NCBI GenBank assembly: GCA_036834885.1
Contig: DAITNA010000003.1
Location: 160,774-224,773 of the forward strand
Direction: 5' to 3'
DNA length: 64,000 nt
Source of the DNA: Pseudohongiella sp.
GTDB taxonomy: Bacteria; Pseudomonadota; Gammaproteobacteria; Pseudomonadales; Pseudohongiellaceae
Part shown: one piece after another, positions 1 to 7,874 of the stretch
Layout of the letters: the number at the start of each line of letters is the position of its first letter
How positions within the stretch are numbered: position 1 is the first letter of the stretch
The notes under the pieces: model-generated
Told to the model about the DNA's origin: nothing
Databases searched by the model: none
Seen by the model: only the letters and a program-made list of their open reading frames with translations
Program-made: the position numbers and the translations under genes

Positions 1-1
1 T

Positions 2-1783
2 ATGCTGGCCACGGTGATTGCCTTTCAGGTGAACGAGCAGAACAGTCTGGGTATGGATCTGGAAGGCAGTCTGGGTGGACTGATTTTTTCCGATGTGAAC
101 AGCACACAGATTGCACGCGATCGTGTCAGGGCGTCATCGGGCAATCCGCCGCCCAATGATCGTCTGTTGAATGTCACCATCGACTCGGTGGCGGATTTGC
201 AGATCAGTGACTATGAAATGAGATTTCCCGGACCTGGCCGCAATTATTCGCTGGTGCGATTGTCCGACAACAAGGTGGTGACTGAAGGCATTCTGGGCAC
301 GGCCTATCCCCAAACGGTATCCGTAGACGGTTTCAGCATCAATTTTGAAGCCGGCAGCTTTCAGACTGGCGATCGCTTTTTGATTCAGCCCACCAAGCGT
401 GGTGCCTTGCAAATGAAGGTGCAGATCACGCGGCCGGAAGAGTTTGCCTTTGCCAATGCGATTCGGGTGCAGTCCTCGGTGTCCAATCAGGGCGGTGCGC
501 AGCTGCTCAGCTCAACCGTGGAAAACGTCGACACCAGCCTGTTCACAAAAAGCGGCACGCTGAGCCCGCCGATGATCATTCGTTTCACCTCGGCGACGAC
601 GTATGACATCCTGGACAACACGGATCCATCACGCCCGGTACCGCTGAATCCTCCGCTCACCAACCTCAGCTTTGTGCCCGGCGCACAAAACCTGATGTTC
701 CCTGCGCAGAACGGCGGCACCACCGTTGTCAGTGGCGGGCCGGCAGCCGGCCAGCTGCAACTGGCCAGCGACAATGCCTACCCGGGCGAAATTCTGCGTT
801 TTCAGACCACGGATCCGGTTACCGGTTTTATCAAGGACCAGACACTGACGCTGCTCGCTGGTGAATCAGCGACCACGATGGCAAGGCGTTTGTCCGGGCT
901 GGATGGTGTGAGCGCGGTTGCCTATTCCAAAACAGTGCTCGGTGATTTCCAGAGCGGGTCAGGTGACCCCCTGCGACTGAGCCTGAACGGTGTTGATCTG
1001 ACCGATCCCACCTGGGTCGCACCCGGGCAAGTGGCACCGGAGGCCATTCCGGAACCGCTGACCGCTGATTTTCTGCGTGATCGCATCAATCGTCTGCCAC
1101 AGTTTCAGTCCCAGGGTATTACCGCCAGCAGTGATGGTGTCAATGTGACAGTCAGATCCACCACGGGTGTGGATTTGTCGTTCAGTGTGACCGGTTCCGG
1201 CTCACTCAGTGCCGGTGATCCGGCCCAGACCATCAACGCACCGGCGCCGGGTGACCCCGCAGTTGCGTTTACCGTGGGTGGCCAGCTTGAGGTGCATCTG
1301 GCGCCTGAAACACAGATGTTCTCCAATCGCAACGACGGCCTGTTTGGTCCGGCTCCGGTCGGCGTCGACAACTATCGCGGCATACAGGTGATCATGACCA
1401 GTGGTGCGGCAGGTGAGGGCGCGCCGCGGGCGGGTGACACCTTTACCATCGGATACAACAGCAATGGCACCGCAGACAGTCGCAACGGGGCCGCAATGCT
1501 GGCGCTGAACAACAAATTGTCGCTGTCAGGCGGTAACCAGAGCTATCACTCTGCCTACGGCCAGCTGGCCGAAAAAGTCGGTATTTTTACCAGTCAGGCC
1601 CGTGTCAGCCAGAGTGCCAGCGAATCCATGCTGCGTCAGTCCATGGATGCGATGCAGTCGGTGGCTGGCGTCAATCTGGAAGAAGAGGCGGCACGCCTGA
1701 TCCAACTGGAACAACATTACAACGCTTCGGCACGTTTGATCACGCTGGCACGTGATCTGTTCGAGACCTTGTTGAGAATCTAG
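2..1783 (+). CDS. flgK: Flagellar hook-associated protein 1 FlgK, C-terminal 593 aa (5' end upstream of window)
   Basis: The frame is open from the window edge. The C-terminus EEEAARLIQLEQHYNASARLITLARDLFETLLRI is the canonical FlgK terminal helix. flgL follows 35 nt downstream. Confidence 0.9.
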   Translation: MLATVIAFQVNEQNSLGMDLEGSLGGLIFSDVNSTQIARDRVRASSGNPPPNDRLLNVTIDSVADLQISDYEMRFPGPGRNYSLVRLSDNKVVTEGILGTAYPQTVSVDGFSINFEAGSFQTGDRFLIQPTKRGALQMKVQITRPEEFAFANAIRVQSSVSNQGGAQLLSSTVENVDTSLFTKSGTLSPPMIIRFTSATTYDILDNTDPSRPVPLNPPLTNLSFVPGAQNLMFPAQNGGTTVVSGGPAAGQLQLASDNAYPGEILRFQTTDPVTGFIKDQTLTLLAGESATTMARRLSGLDGVSAVAYSKTVLGDFQSGSGDPLRLSLNGVDLTDPTWVAPGQVAPEAIPEPLTADFLRDRINRLPQFQSQGITASSDGVNVTVRSTTGVDLSFSVTGSGSLSAGDPAQTINAPAPGDPAVAFTVGGQLEVHLAPETQMFSNRNDGLFGPAPVGVDNYRGIQVIMTSGAAGEGAPRAGDTFTIGYNSNGTADSRNGAAMLALNNKLSLSGGNQSYHSAYGQLAEKVGIFTSQARVSQSASESMLRQSMDAMQSVAGVNLEEEAARLIQLEQHYNASARLITLARDLFETLLRI

Positions 1784-1818
1784 GGCCTGAAGCGGCCCGC
1801 GCTAGTGGAGAAACAGTC

Positions 1819-3063
1819 ATGAGTGTCAGAATGTCGACCAGCCAGTTGTTTGCCCGTGGCCTCAATCCCATGCTGGATGTGCAGAAAGCGGTCAGCAAGA
1901 CGCAGGAGCAGATTTCAACCAACAAACGCGTGCTGACACCGGCCGATGACCCCATTGCCGCGACCCGTATCCTGCAGCTCAATCAGGAGCTGGCGGACAT
2001 GGAAAAATACAACAGCAGTCTGTCTTTGCTGGGCAATCGCATGCTGCGTGAAGAGTCTGCTCTGACCGGCATCAGCGAGCAGATTCAGAAAGCACAGGAA
2101 ATTGTTGTACAGGCGGGTAACGCAGCCTTGAACATGGATCAGCGCAAGTATCTGGCCACGGAACTGCAGTCAGTAGTCGACAGCATGGCACAGCTGATGA
2201 ACAGCAAGGATGCCAGTGGCGAGTTTCTGTTTTCAGGTTATCAGGGCAAAGTGCAGCCGTTTGTCAAAGATGCGGAAGGGCGCTACCAGTATCAGGGCGA
2301 TGAGGGTCAGCGCTTTGTACAGGTGGGGCCAGTCACATCCATTGCGGCCAATGACTCGGGTTATCAGGTTTTCATGAACGTGCACAGTCAGACACCGGGG
2401 CTGGCCATTCGGGCCAGTGCCGGCAATACCGCAAATCCGCCAGCGCAGATCAGCGGCGCGGTGATCCGTGATGCCGCGCAATTTGCCGCGTTTGCCCCCA
2501 ACACTGCCGTGATCGAGTTTCGGCCGGTCAGCGAAGGTACACCGGAGGGGCCCAATTACACGGTACGTCAGATCTCCGATGGCCGTGTGTTGATGGCAAA
2601 CGTGCCGTATGTCCCCGGCAATGAAATTTCATTTGCCGGCATGACGGTTCGTATTCAGGGCCGCCCGGCTGAAGGTGACAGTTTTCTGGTGGAGTCCAGC
2701 AACAAAAAGGGTTTGCTGGAAGGTTTGCAGGATTTTGCAGCAGACCTGATGCGTTTTACCGACAGCGCAACCGATCGTGGTCGACTCTCGGCCTCCATCA
2801 GCAATGCCATAGGCAATCTGGAAAGTGCACAAACCCAGCTTTTGCAGACCCGAAGCGCCGTCGGTGCACGCATGAACCAGATTGAGTCAGTTGAAAAGTC
2901 CAATCAGGACTTTGAGCTGACCATCCGTTCAGCCTTGTCTGAACTGTCTGATCTGGACTATGCCAAAGCCATCAGCCAACTGACTCAGGAAACCTTTGTG
3001 CTGGAAGCGGCGCAGACGAGTTTTGCCAAAATCAGTCGGCTGTCCCTGTTTAACCTTATCTGA
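1819..3063 (+). CDS. flgL: Flagellar hook-associated protein 3 FlgL (414 aa)
   Basis: The N-terminus MSVRMSTSQLF...NKRVLTPADDPIAATRILQL is the flagellin-like N helix typical of FlgL. There is a GGAG RBS upstream, and the gene sits directly after flgK. Confidence 0.9.
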   Translation: MSVRMSTSQLFARGLNPMLDVQKAVSKTQEQISTNKRVLTPADDPIAATRILQLNQELADMEKYNSSLSLLGNRMLREESALTGISEQIQKAQEIVVQAGNAALNMDQRKYLATELQSVVDSMAQLMNSKDASGEFLFSGYQGKVQPFVKDAEGRYQYQGDEGQRFVQVGPVTSIAANDSGYQVFMNVHSQTPGLAIRASAGNTANPPAQISGAVIRDAAQFAAFAPNTAVIEFRPVSEGTPEGPNYTVRQISDGRVLMANVPYVPGNEISFAGMTVRIQGRPAEGDSFLVESSNKKGLLEGLQDFAADLMRFTDSATDRGRLSASISNAIGNLESAQTQLLQTRSAVGARMNQIESVEKSNQDFELTIRSALSELSDLDYAKAISQLTQETFVLEAAQTSFAKISRLSLFNLI

Positions 3064-3072
3064 AAAAAATAA

Positions 3073-3423
3073 TTAAAGTTTGTTTTTTTCTGCCGATAGA
3101 TAATCGTTGATGCGTTTTTTCATCATATTGAGCTGTTGTGCTTCCGCACTCAGCTCGTCCTGATTTTTTTTGACCAGTTGAACAATCTCAAGGTCCTGGG
3201 CTTTGATTTTTTCAAGATCATCCTGCACGGCATCAACCAGATCCTGTACCAATGCCTGGTTAAAAAACTGTTTCAGTTTGTTGTCTCTTTTTTCATGCAG
3301 GCTGAGCATCTCGCTCCAGTTTTTCTGGTGTGCCAGTTGCAGCAACAGCGCTGAATCCCTCACGATGGATGACCATTCATCCATTTGAATATTATAGGAT
3401 TTTTTGTAATCTTCCGAGCTCAT
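3073..3423 (-). CDS. Small helical protein, FliT-like flagellar export chaperone candidate (116 aa)
   Basis: Protein-like K/E/Q/D/L-rich helical ORF in a visibly AT-rich stretch. The segments ALLLQLAHQKNWSEMLSLHEKRDNKL and EIVQLVKKNQDELSAEAQQLNMMKKRINDY mirror the layout of FliT (E. coli LMLRLATEEQWDELI ... [24 protein letters not shown]). The family call is by pattern only. Confidence 0.5.
   Translation of the reverse strand: MSSEDYKKSYNIQMDEWSSIVRDSALLLQLAHQKNWSEMLSLHEKRDNKLKQFFNQALVQDLVDAVQDDLEKIKAQDLEIVQLVKKNQDELSAEAQQLNMMKKRINDYLSAEKNKL
3074..3099 (+). promoter_or_regulatory. Near-consensus sigma-28 (FliA) promoter P1, antisense to the FliT-like gene
   Basis: TAAAGTTT (3074-3081), a 10-nt spacer, then GCCGATAg (3092-3099), against the consensus TAAAGTTT-N11-GCCGATAA. 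That is 15/16 bases matched with a spacer 1 nt short. It starts 11 nt after the flgL stop. Confidence 0.5.
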
Positions 3424-3492
3424 TGCAGTCTCGCTGTTTTAACAGGTTGCTGAAAATCTGATCTGCGTCACACTTATTTTGAAATATTTTTC

Positions 3493-3518
3493 TAAAGAAA
3501 AATATTTTTTGCCGAACC
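3493..3518 (+). promoter_or_regulatory. Sigma-28-like promoter P2 upstream of the flagellin gene
   Basis: TAAAG (3493-3497), 13 nt, then GCCGAAcc (3511-3518). The spacing is the same as P1, and it lies about 135 nt upstream of the fliC ATG. Confidence 0.4.
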
Positions 3519-3541
3519 CGAAAATTTCCTGATTTTTCAAT

Positions 3542-3568
3542 TAAAGGTTTGTTTTTCCGTGTCGTTAA
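3542..3568 (+). promoter_or_regulatory. Sigma-28-like promoter P3 upstream of the flagellin gene
   Basis: TAAAGGTTT (3542-3550) and GtCGtTAA (3561-3568) with canonical TAAAG-N14 spacing. It would give a leader of roughly 75-80 nt. Confidence 0.4.
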
Positions 3569-3651
3569 ATGGGGTAACGCATAGGAGCGAGCGTTTTAAG
3601 ACTCTTCGATATGCGGCTCAGTTTAATGTGTAAACTCAGGAGTAAACAAGC

Positions 3652-6600
3652 ATGGCTCAAGTCATTAATACCAACATCGCTTCATTGAACGCGCAGCGTA
3701 ACCTGAACAGCTCGCAAGCGGGAACCAACCAGGCCCTGCAACGTCTGTCTTCTGGTCTGCGTATTAACAGCGCCAAAGATGACGCCGCTGGTCTCGCAAT
3801 TTCCACGCGTTTTGAATCCCAAATCAAAGGTCTCGGCGTTGCTATCCGTAACGCAGGCGACGGTGTGTCACTGGCTCAGACAGCAGAAGGCGCACTCGGC
3901 TCCATGACCGAAAACCTGCAGCGTGTTCGTGAACTCGCCCTGCAGGCATCCAACGGTACCAACAGCTCTGCTGACCGGGAAGCTCTGCAGGCAGAAGCCA
4001 AGCTGCTGATCGATGAAATCGGCCGCGTTTCCAAGGGTGCAAACTTCAACGGCGTTAACCTGCTGGACGGTTCACTGACCACCAGCTTCCAGGTTGGTGC
4101 CAATGCCGGTGAGACCATCAGCGTCTCTATCGGCAAACTGACTGCTGACACACTGGGTGTGTCACGTGCAAACGGTGTGTCCGCTACCGGTTCCTCCAGC
4201 GCCCTGGGCGTAGGTGACCTGGTGATCAACGGTGTGACTGTGGGTGCGTCACGTGCCTCTGATGATACTTCTTCTACATCCAACGCTTCTGCCAGTGCGA
4301 TTTCCAAAGCAGCGGCCATCAACCGTGTGTCTGCCCAGACTGGTGTGACCGCTGTTGTGGATGCAAACGTAGCAGCTGGCAGCAGCATGACCGCTGGCGC
4401 CGCGTCCGGTTCCATCACCCTTAACGGCACCAGCATTGACATCGACACCACTGGCGATGCGGCCTCTACCCGCTCTGCTGTGGTGACTGCCATCAATGCC
4501 CAGTCTTCACTGACAGGTGTGACAGCGGTTGATACTGGCGACGACGCACTGGGTGTGTCACTGGTGGCTGCCGATGGTCGCAACATTCAGTTGAGCTACA
4601 CGGGTCTGACTGCTGCCAACACCGGTCTGGCCTCTGCCGGCACCAAAACTGGTGGTGTTACCCTGGTTGCCAACAGCGGCACCAACGAAATCAACATCTC
4701 CGGTTCCAACACCGCCAACGCGGGTGTGGCCGCCGGTTCCTACACCGCTGGTGTGGCAACGGTCAGCTCCTCTGCCCGTTATGCTGACTCTCAGACAGCA
4801 GCGATTTACTCTGCTACTGCCAATGTCTCCGGCCTGCAGGCCACCAACTTCGGTCAGCTGGCGACAGCCGGTGAAGCCGCTGAAGTGACCACCAATGCCG
4901 TTGCAGGTGCGCAGCTGGACTTCTCTGCTGCAGCGACCAGCGCAGCACTGGCCGGTAACGTGAACCTGACTGCGACACCAGCCAGCTACGACTTCTCCAC
5001 CATCAACAACGCACTCGCTGACGAAGGTAACGTGGTTTCCGGTGGTGTGGACCTGAACAGTGCCCCGACGCTGAACTTCTCTGCGCTTGAGTTCTCCGTG
5101 AACCTGGGCAGCGAGTCCGTTGACATCGTGCTGGACGGCAACTATGCCGATACTGCAGCGATTGCTGCCGACATCCAGACCCAGATCAACGCTTCTGCGC
5201 TGAACGGCCGCGTGACAGTGTCTGACAACGCGGGTGCGTTGCGCTTCACCGATGGTGGCACAGGTGGTCAGTTCTCCGGTGACACCTTCAGTTTCACCAA
5301 CAACACTGCCAACTCGATCGAAACTCTGGGTCTGGATAGTGGTTCGCTGGTGACTGACACTGCCGCGGTAGCGTCTGACACCAACAACCTGTCATTCGAA
5401 ATCATCATTGATGGTGATGTGGCAAACCCGATCGCGGTCACTCTGGACTCCAACGTCACCAACAACACCGACCTGCTGACAGCCCTGAACGGCCAGCTGA
5501 CAGGCACTGGCGTCACTGCATCTGTTGATGGCACAACCGGCTTCCTGACGTTCACCAACACCAACACCACTGGCACCAGCAGCTCCATTCTGGTGACCAA
5601 CATCACCGGTGACAACGTAGCAGCAGGTACCGCAGCGATTGGTCTGGTGAGTGGCAGCGATTTTGGTGAAGCAGCAACTGACTCAGCGCTGACCATCAGC
5701 GACGGCACCACTTCCGTGGAAATTGCGCTGACCGGTGACTACAGCGCAGGTGACAACACTGCCGCAACAGCGCTGCAGACTTACCTGAACACAGAGCTGG
5801 ATGGTCTGAACATCACAGCAACAGTGACCGCCAGCGGTGGCTCCCTGACTGTTGAGTTTGCTGAAACCACCAACACTGGCAGCACTATCACCGTGACCAA
5901 CGGTACCGGTACCCGTGACGGCGCCCAACTGTTCTTCGGTGCTTCATCAGCAACCGACACCGGTGTCCGTGCTTACGCGACTGACCAGAATCTGGAGTTC
6001 TCTGTCAGCGACGGCACTGATACCGCAGCGATCAACATCAACACCAACATTGCTGATGCCGATGCACTGATCACTGAAATCAACAGCCAGCTGACAGCGG
6101 GCAGCGTCGCAGCAACAGCCGCTCTGGATGGCAACGGTCGCGTGACCATTGTGTCAACAGCAACCGGTGCTGCCGCTGAATTGACCATCTCCGGCGCCAA
6201 TGCCAACGCTCAAAGCGTGCTGGGTATTGCTGCAGCACCGGCAACCGTGGAAGGCAGCAACAGCACCTTCGGTGTTGACGCGCTGAACGACGGCGACCTG
6301 GTCATCAACGGCGTATCCATCAGTGCGGCTCGTGCTTCTGACGATCAGGCTTCCTACGCGGCAGCAGCATCCAGCAGCAAAGAAGCATCCGGTATCGCCG
6401 TTGCAGCAGCCATCAACCGCGCTTCTGGCTCCACTGGTGTAACCGCTACTGTGAACGCCACTCAGGTTGTGGGTAGCGCATCAACCGCAGGCACTGCTGG
6501 CAACAGCGGCACGCTGGTATTGAACGGCGTCGAAATCAGCATGACCGTGCAGGACAGCGCTGATGCCAACCGTGCGTTTGCCGTTGCGCAGATCAACTCT

Positions 6601-7236
6601 GTTGCAGGTCAGACCGGTGTGATTGCAGAAGACAACGGTAGCAGCCTGACGCTGAAAGCAGCCGATGGTCGCAACATCGTGATGGCTTTTGACACCAACG
6701 GTGGCGCATCTGCAACCAACTTCGGTCTGGGTGGCAGCAACATTGCCCAGTTCGACTTCGCGGGTTCAGGTGTCACTGCTGATGAAGTGGCAGTCACAAC
6801 CTACTCAACGGTGTCCCTGAGCTCAGCCGGTTCCATTGATGTGAAAGGTGGCACCAATGGCAACGCAGCACTGGAAGGTATCGGTCTGAAGCAAGGTTCG
6901 TTCGGCGGTGCAGTCTCCGGTCAGTACCTGACTGAAGTGAACATCTCCACTCAGAAAGGTGCAACTGACGCGCTGGCAGCCATCGACAACGCGCTGGGTG
7001 CTGTGAACGCAGCCCGAGCCGATCTCGGTGCGGTGCAGAACCGCTTCGAAGCAACCATTTCCAACCTGGAAGTGAACTCCGAGAACCTGTCTGCCGCGAA
7101 CTCACGTATCCGTGATGCTGACTTCGCTGCGGAAGCCGCAAACCTGGCACGTTTCCAGGTCCTGCAGCAGGCCGGTATCTCCATCCTGGCGCAGGCTAAC
7201 TCGTCAGGTCAGCAGGTTCTGTCACTGCTGAGATAA
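3652..7236 (+). CDS. fliC: Giant flagellin (1194 aa)
   Basis: Canonical flagellin termini: [19 protein letters not shown]...[19 protein letters not shown] at the N end, and [70 protein letters not shown] at the C end. AGGAG lies 9 nt upstream of the ATG. About 900 aa of T/S/A/G/N-rich insert sit between the conserved ends. Confidence 0.95.
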   Translation: MAQVINTNIASLNAQRNLNSSQAGTNQALQRLSSGLRINSAKDDAAGLAISTRFESQIKGLGVAIRNAGDGVSLAQTAEGALGSMTENLQRVRELALQASNGTNSSADREALQAEAKLLIDEIGRVSKGANFNGVNLLDGSLTTSFQVGANAGETISVSIGKLTADTLGVSRANGVSATGSSSALGVGDLVINGVTVGASRASDDTSSTSNASASAISKAAAINRVSAQTGVTAVVDANVAAGSSMTAGAASGSITLNGTSIDIDTTGDAASTRSAVVTAINAQSSLTGVTAVDTGDDALGVSLVAADGRNIQLSYTGLTAANTGLASAGTKTGGVTLVANSGTNEINISGSNTANAGVAAGSYTAGVATVSSSARYADSQTAAIYSATANVSGLQATNFGQLATAGEAAEVTTNAVAGAQLDFSAAATSAALAGNVNLTATPASYDFSTINNALADEGNVVSGGVDLNSAPTLNFSALEFSVNLGSESVDIVLDGNYADTAAIAADIQTQINASALNGRVTVSDNAGALRFTDGGTGGQFSGDTFSFTNNTANSIETLGLDSGSLVTDTAAVASDTNNLSFEIIIDGDVANPIAVTLDSNVTNNTDLLTALNGQLTGTGVTASVDGTTGFLTFTNTNTTGTSSSILVTNITGDNVAAGTAAIGLVSGSDFGEAATDSALTISDGTTSVEIALTGDYSAGDNTAATALQTYLNTELDGLNITATVTASGGSLTVEFAETTNTGSTITVTNGTGTRDGAQLFFGASSATDTGVRAYATDQNLEFSVSDGTDTAAININTNIADADALITEINSQLTAGSVAATAALDGNGRVTIVSTATGAAAELTISGANANAQSVLGIAAAPATVEGSNSTFGVDALNDGDLVINGVSISAARASDDQASYAAAASSSKEASGIAVAAAINRASGSTGVTATVNATQVVGSASTAGTAGNSGTLVLNGVEISMTVQDSADANRAFAVAQINSVAGQTGVIAEDNGSSLTLKAADGRNIVMAFDTNGGASATNFGLGGSNIAQFDFAGSGVTADEVAVTTYSTVSLSSAGSIDVKGGTNGNAALEGIGLKQGSFGGAVSGQYLTEVNISTQKGATDALAAIDNALGAVNAARADLGAVQNRFEATISNLEVNSENLSAANSRIRDADFAAEAANLARFQVLQQAGISILAQANSSGQQVLSLLR
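4207..4599 (+). repeat. Flagellin internal unit A1 (131 aa, two IN motifs), paralogous to A2
   Basis: [20 protein letters not shown]...[17 protein letters not shown]...[10 protein letters not shown]...[16 protein letters not shown]...[13 protein letters not shown] aligns along its whole length with the unit at 6271-6690. Confidence 0.8.
5086..6270 (+). repeat. Four in-frame tandem modules of about 100 aa inside the flagellin (protein-level repeat)
   Basis: Module starts are at nt 5086, 5389, 5689 and 5992 (aa 479, 580, 680, 781; lengths 101/100/101 aa, then about 93 aa to the start of A2). Each begins LEFS/LSFE/LTIS/LEFS. Each then has a helix with a central IN or LN (IQTQIN, LTALNG, TYLNT, ITEINS), then VTxSxD, LxFT, SxIxVTN and LGLxSG-type elements. 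The DNA copies are diverged. Confidence 0.8.
6271..6690 (+). repeat. Flagellin internal unit A2 (140 aa, two IN motifs), paralogous to A1
   Basis: [25 protein letters not shown]...[17 protein letters not shown]...[10 protein letters not shown]...[16 protein letters not shown]...[13 protein letters not shown] aligns with 4207-4599. Confidence 0.8.
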
Positions 7237-7244
7237 TAAAGCGT

Positions 7245-7271
7245 TAAAGTCCGCCCGGTTTGCACCGATAA
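7245..7271 (+). promoter_or_regulatory. Sigma-28-like promoter for flaG
   Basis: TAAAG (7245-7249), 14 nt, then aCCGATAA (7264-7271). The spacing is canonical and the -10 element matches 7/8. It lies in the fliC-flaG intergenic region, about 65 nt upstream of the GTG at 7339. Confidence 0.45.
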
Positions 7272-7300
7272 CGAGGTGAAGGCCGGGCGGATTTACCTTT
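7250..7300 (+). terminator. Putative fliC terminator hairpin (overlaps the flaG promoter)
   Basis: TCCGCCCGG (7250-7258) pairs with CCGGGCGGA (7283-7291), followed by a weak T tract, TTTACCTTTT. The loop is large, with some internal pairing. Confidence 0.4.
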
Positions 7301-7338
7301 TCAGACCTTATACCCTGTGCTTGTTTTGGAGGCGTGCT

Positions 7339-7806
7339 GTGAGCGAGATCAGTATCACCCGGTTCCAGCCTGCGTTAGCTGCCAGGGAGAAGGTCAATTC
7401 CGTTCAGGCCATCGATGACGATGCCAGCCTCGAGAACACCCAGAATCCGCTTGAAAATCCGAGTCAGCAAAAGCATTCCGATCCGGAACAGGGCAAACAG
7501 CACTCTGCCGGCAAACGCGGCGGCGACAAGGCACCCCCTTACGATGCGCCGGATGCTGACGCCGTTCAGAACCGTCCCGATGATGTGTCGATGGAACAGG
7601 TGGTTTCCCGCCTGAATGACTATGTTCAGTCCGTCAAGCGCGACATCATTTTTGATTTTGATCCCGACAGTGGTGAACCCTCCGTCACGGTTGTTGACCG
7701 TGAGTCACGCAAGGTCTTGCGTCAGTTTGACAGCCAGGAGGCGCTTGAGCTGGCGCGCAAGCTGGACAAGCAGGAGCCCATTTCCCTGTTCAAGACGCAG
7801 GTTTGA
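7339..7806 (+). CDS. flaG: Flagellar protein FlaG (155 aa from GTG)
   Basis: The C-terminal part VSRLNDYVQSVKRDIIFDFDPDSGEPSVTVVDRESRKVLRQFDSQEALELARKL is FlaG-family. GGAGG lies 6 nt upstream of the GTG at 7339. The longer ORF from 7276 would include the fliC terminator hairpin. Confidence 0.8.
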   Translation: MSEISITRFQPALAAREKVNSVQAIDDDASLENTQNPLENPSQQKHSDPEQGKQHSAGKRGGDKAPPYDAPDADAVQNRPDDVSMEQVVSRLNDYVQSVKRDIIFDFDPDSGEPSVTVVDRESRKVLRQFDSQEALELARKLDKQEPISLFKTQV

Positions 7807-7820
7807 GGTTCTGAAGAGAT

Positions 7821-7874
7821 AAAAAGGGGTCAGACCCAATTATTTGCAAAATAATTGGGTCTGACCCCTTTTTT
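7821..7874. terminator. Bidirectional intrinsic terminator (near-perfect 53-bp palindrome)
   Basis: AAAAAGGGGTCAGACCCAATTAT (7821-7843) pairs with ATAATTGGGTCTGACCCCTTTTT (7851-7873). A/T runs on both sides let it serve the convergent flaG and the 7873-8904 gene. Confidence 0.85.

Noticed and set aside
3136-3388. Small + strand ORFs (72 aa and 61 aa) downstream of sigma-28 promoter P1. I asked whether P1 drives a small + strand gene, so that the minus-strand FliT-like ORF would be spurious.
   Set aside because: The + strand translations are Phe/Leu/Cys/Gln-rich mirror images of Lys/Glu/Gln codons and have no RBS. The minus-strand product is a well-formed amphipathic helical protein with FliT-like layout.
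3583-3641. Two AGGA motifs (3583-3586 and 3638-3641) and a small hairpin (3620-3636) in the fliC leader, as possible CsrA/RsmA binding sites.
   Set aside because: One motif is simply the Shine-Dalgarno sequence. GGA motifs are too short to discriminate by eye, and no fliW or csrA is in the window.
3876-4586. A 236-aa minus-strand ORF inside the flagellin gene, and similar ones at 5268-5711 and 6794-7150.
   Set aside because: They are antisense to fliC. Their Ser/Ala/Pro/Thr/Val-rich low-complexity sequence mirrors the T/S/A/G codons of the flagellin insert.
7276-7338. An upstream ATG extension of flaG (the 176-aa ORF in the track).
   Set aside because: The extension would be translated through the fliC terminator hairpin and lies upstream of the predicted flaG promoter start. 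The GTG at 7339 has a GGAGG RBS.
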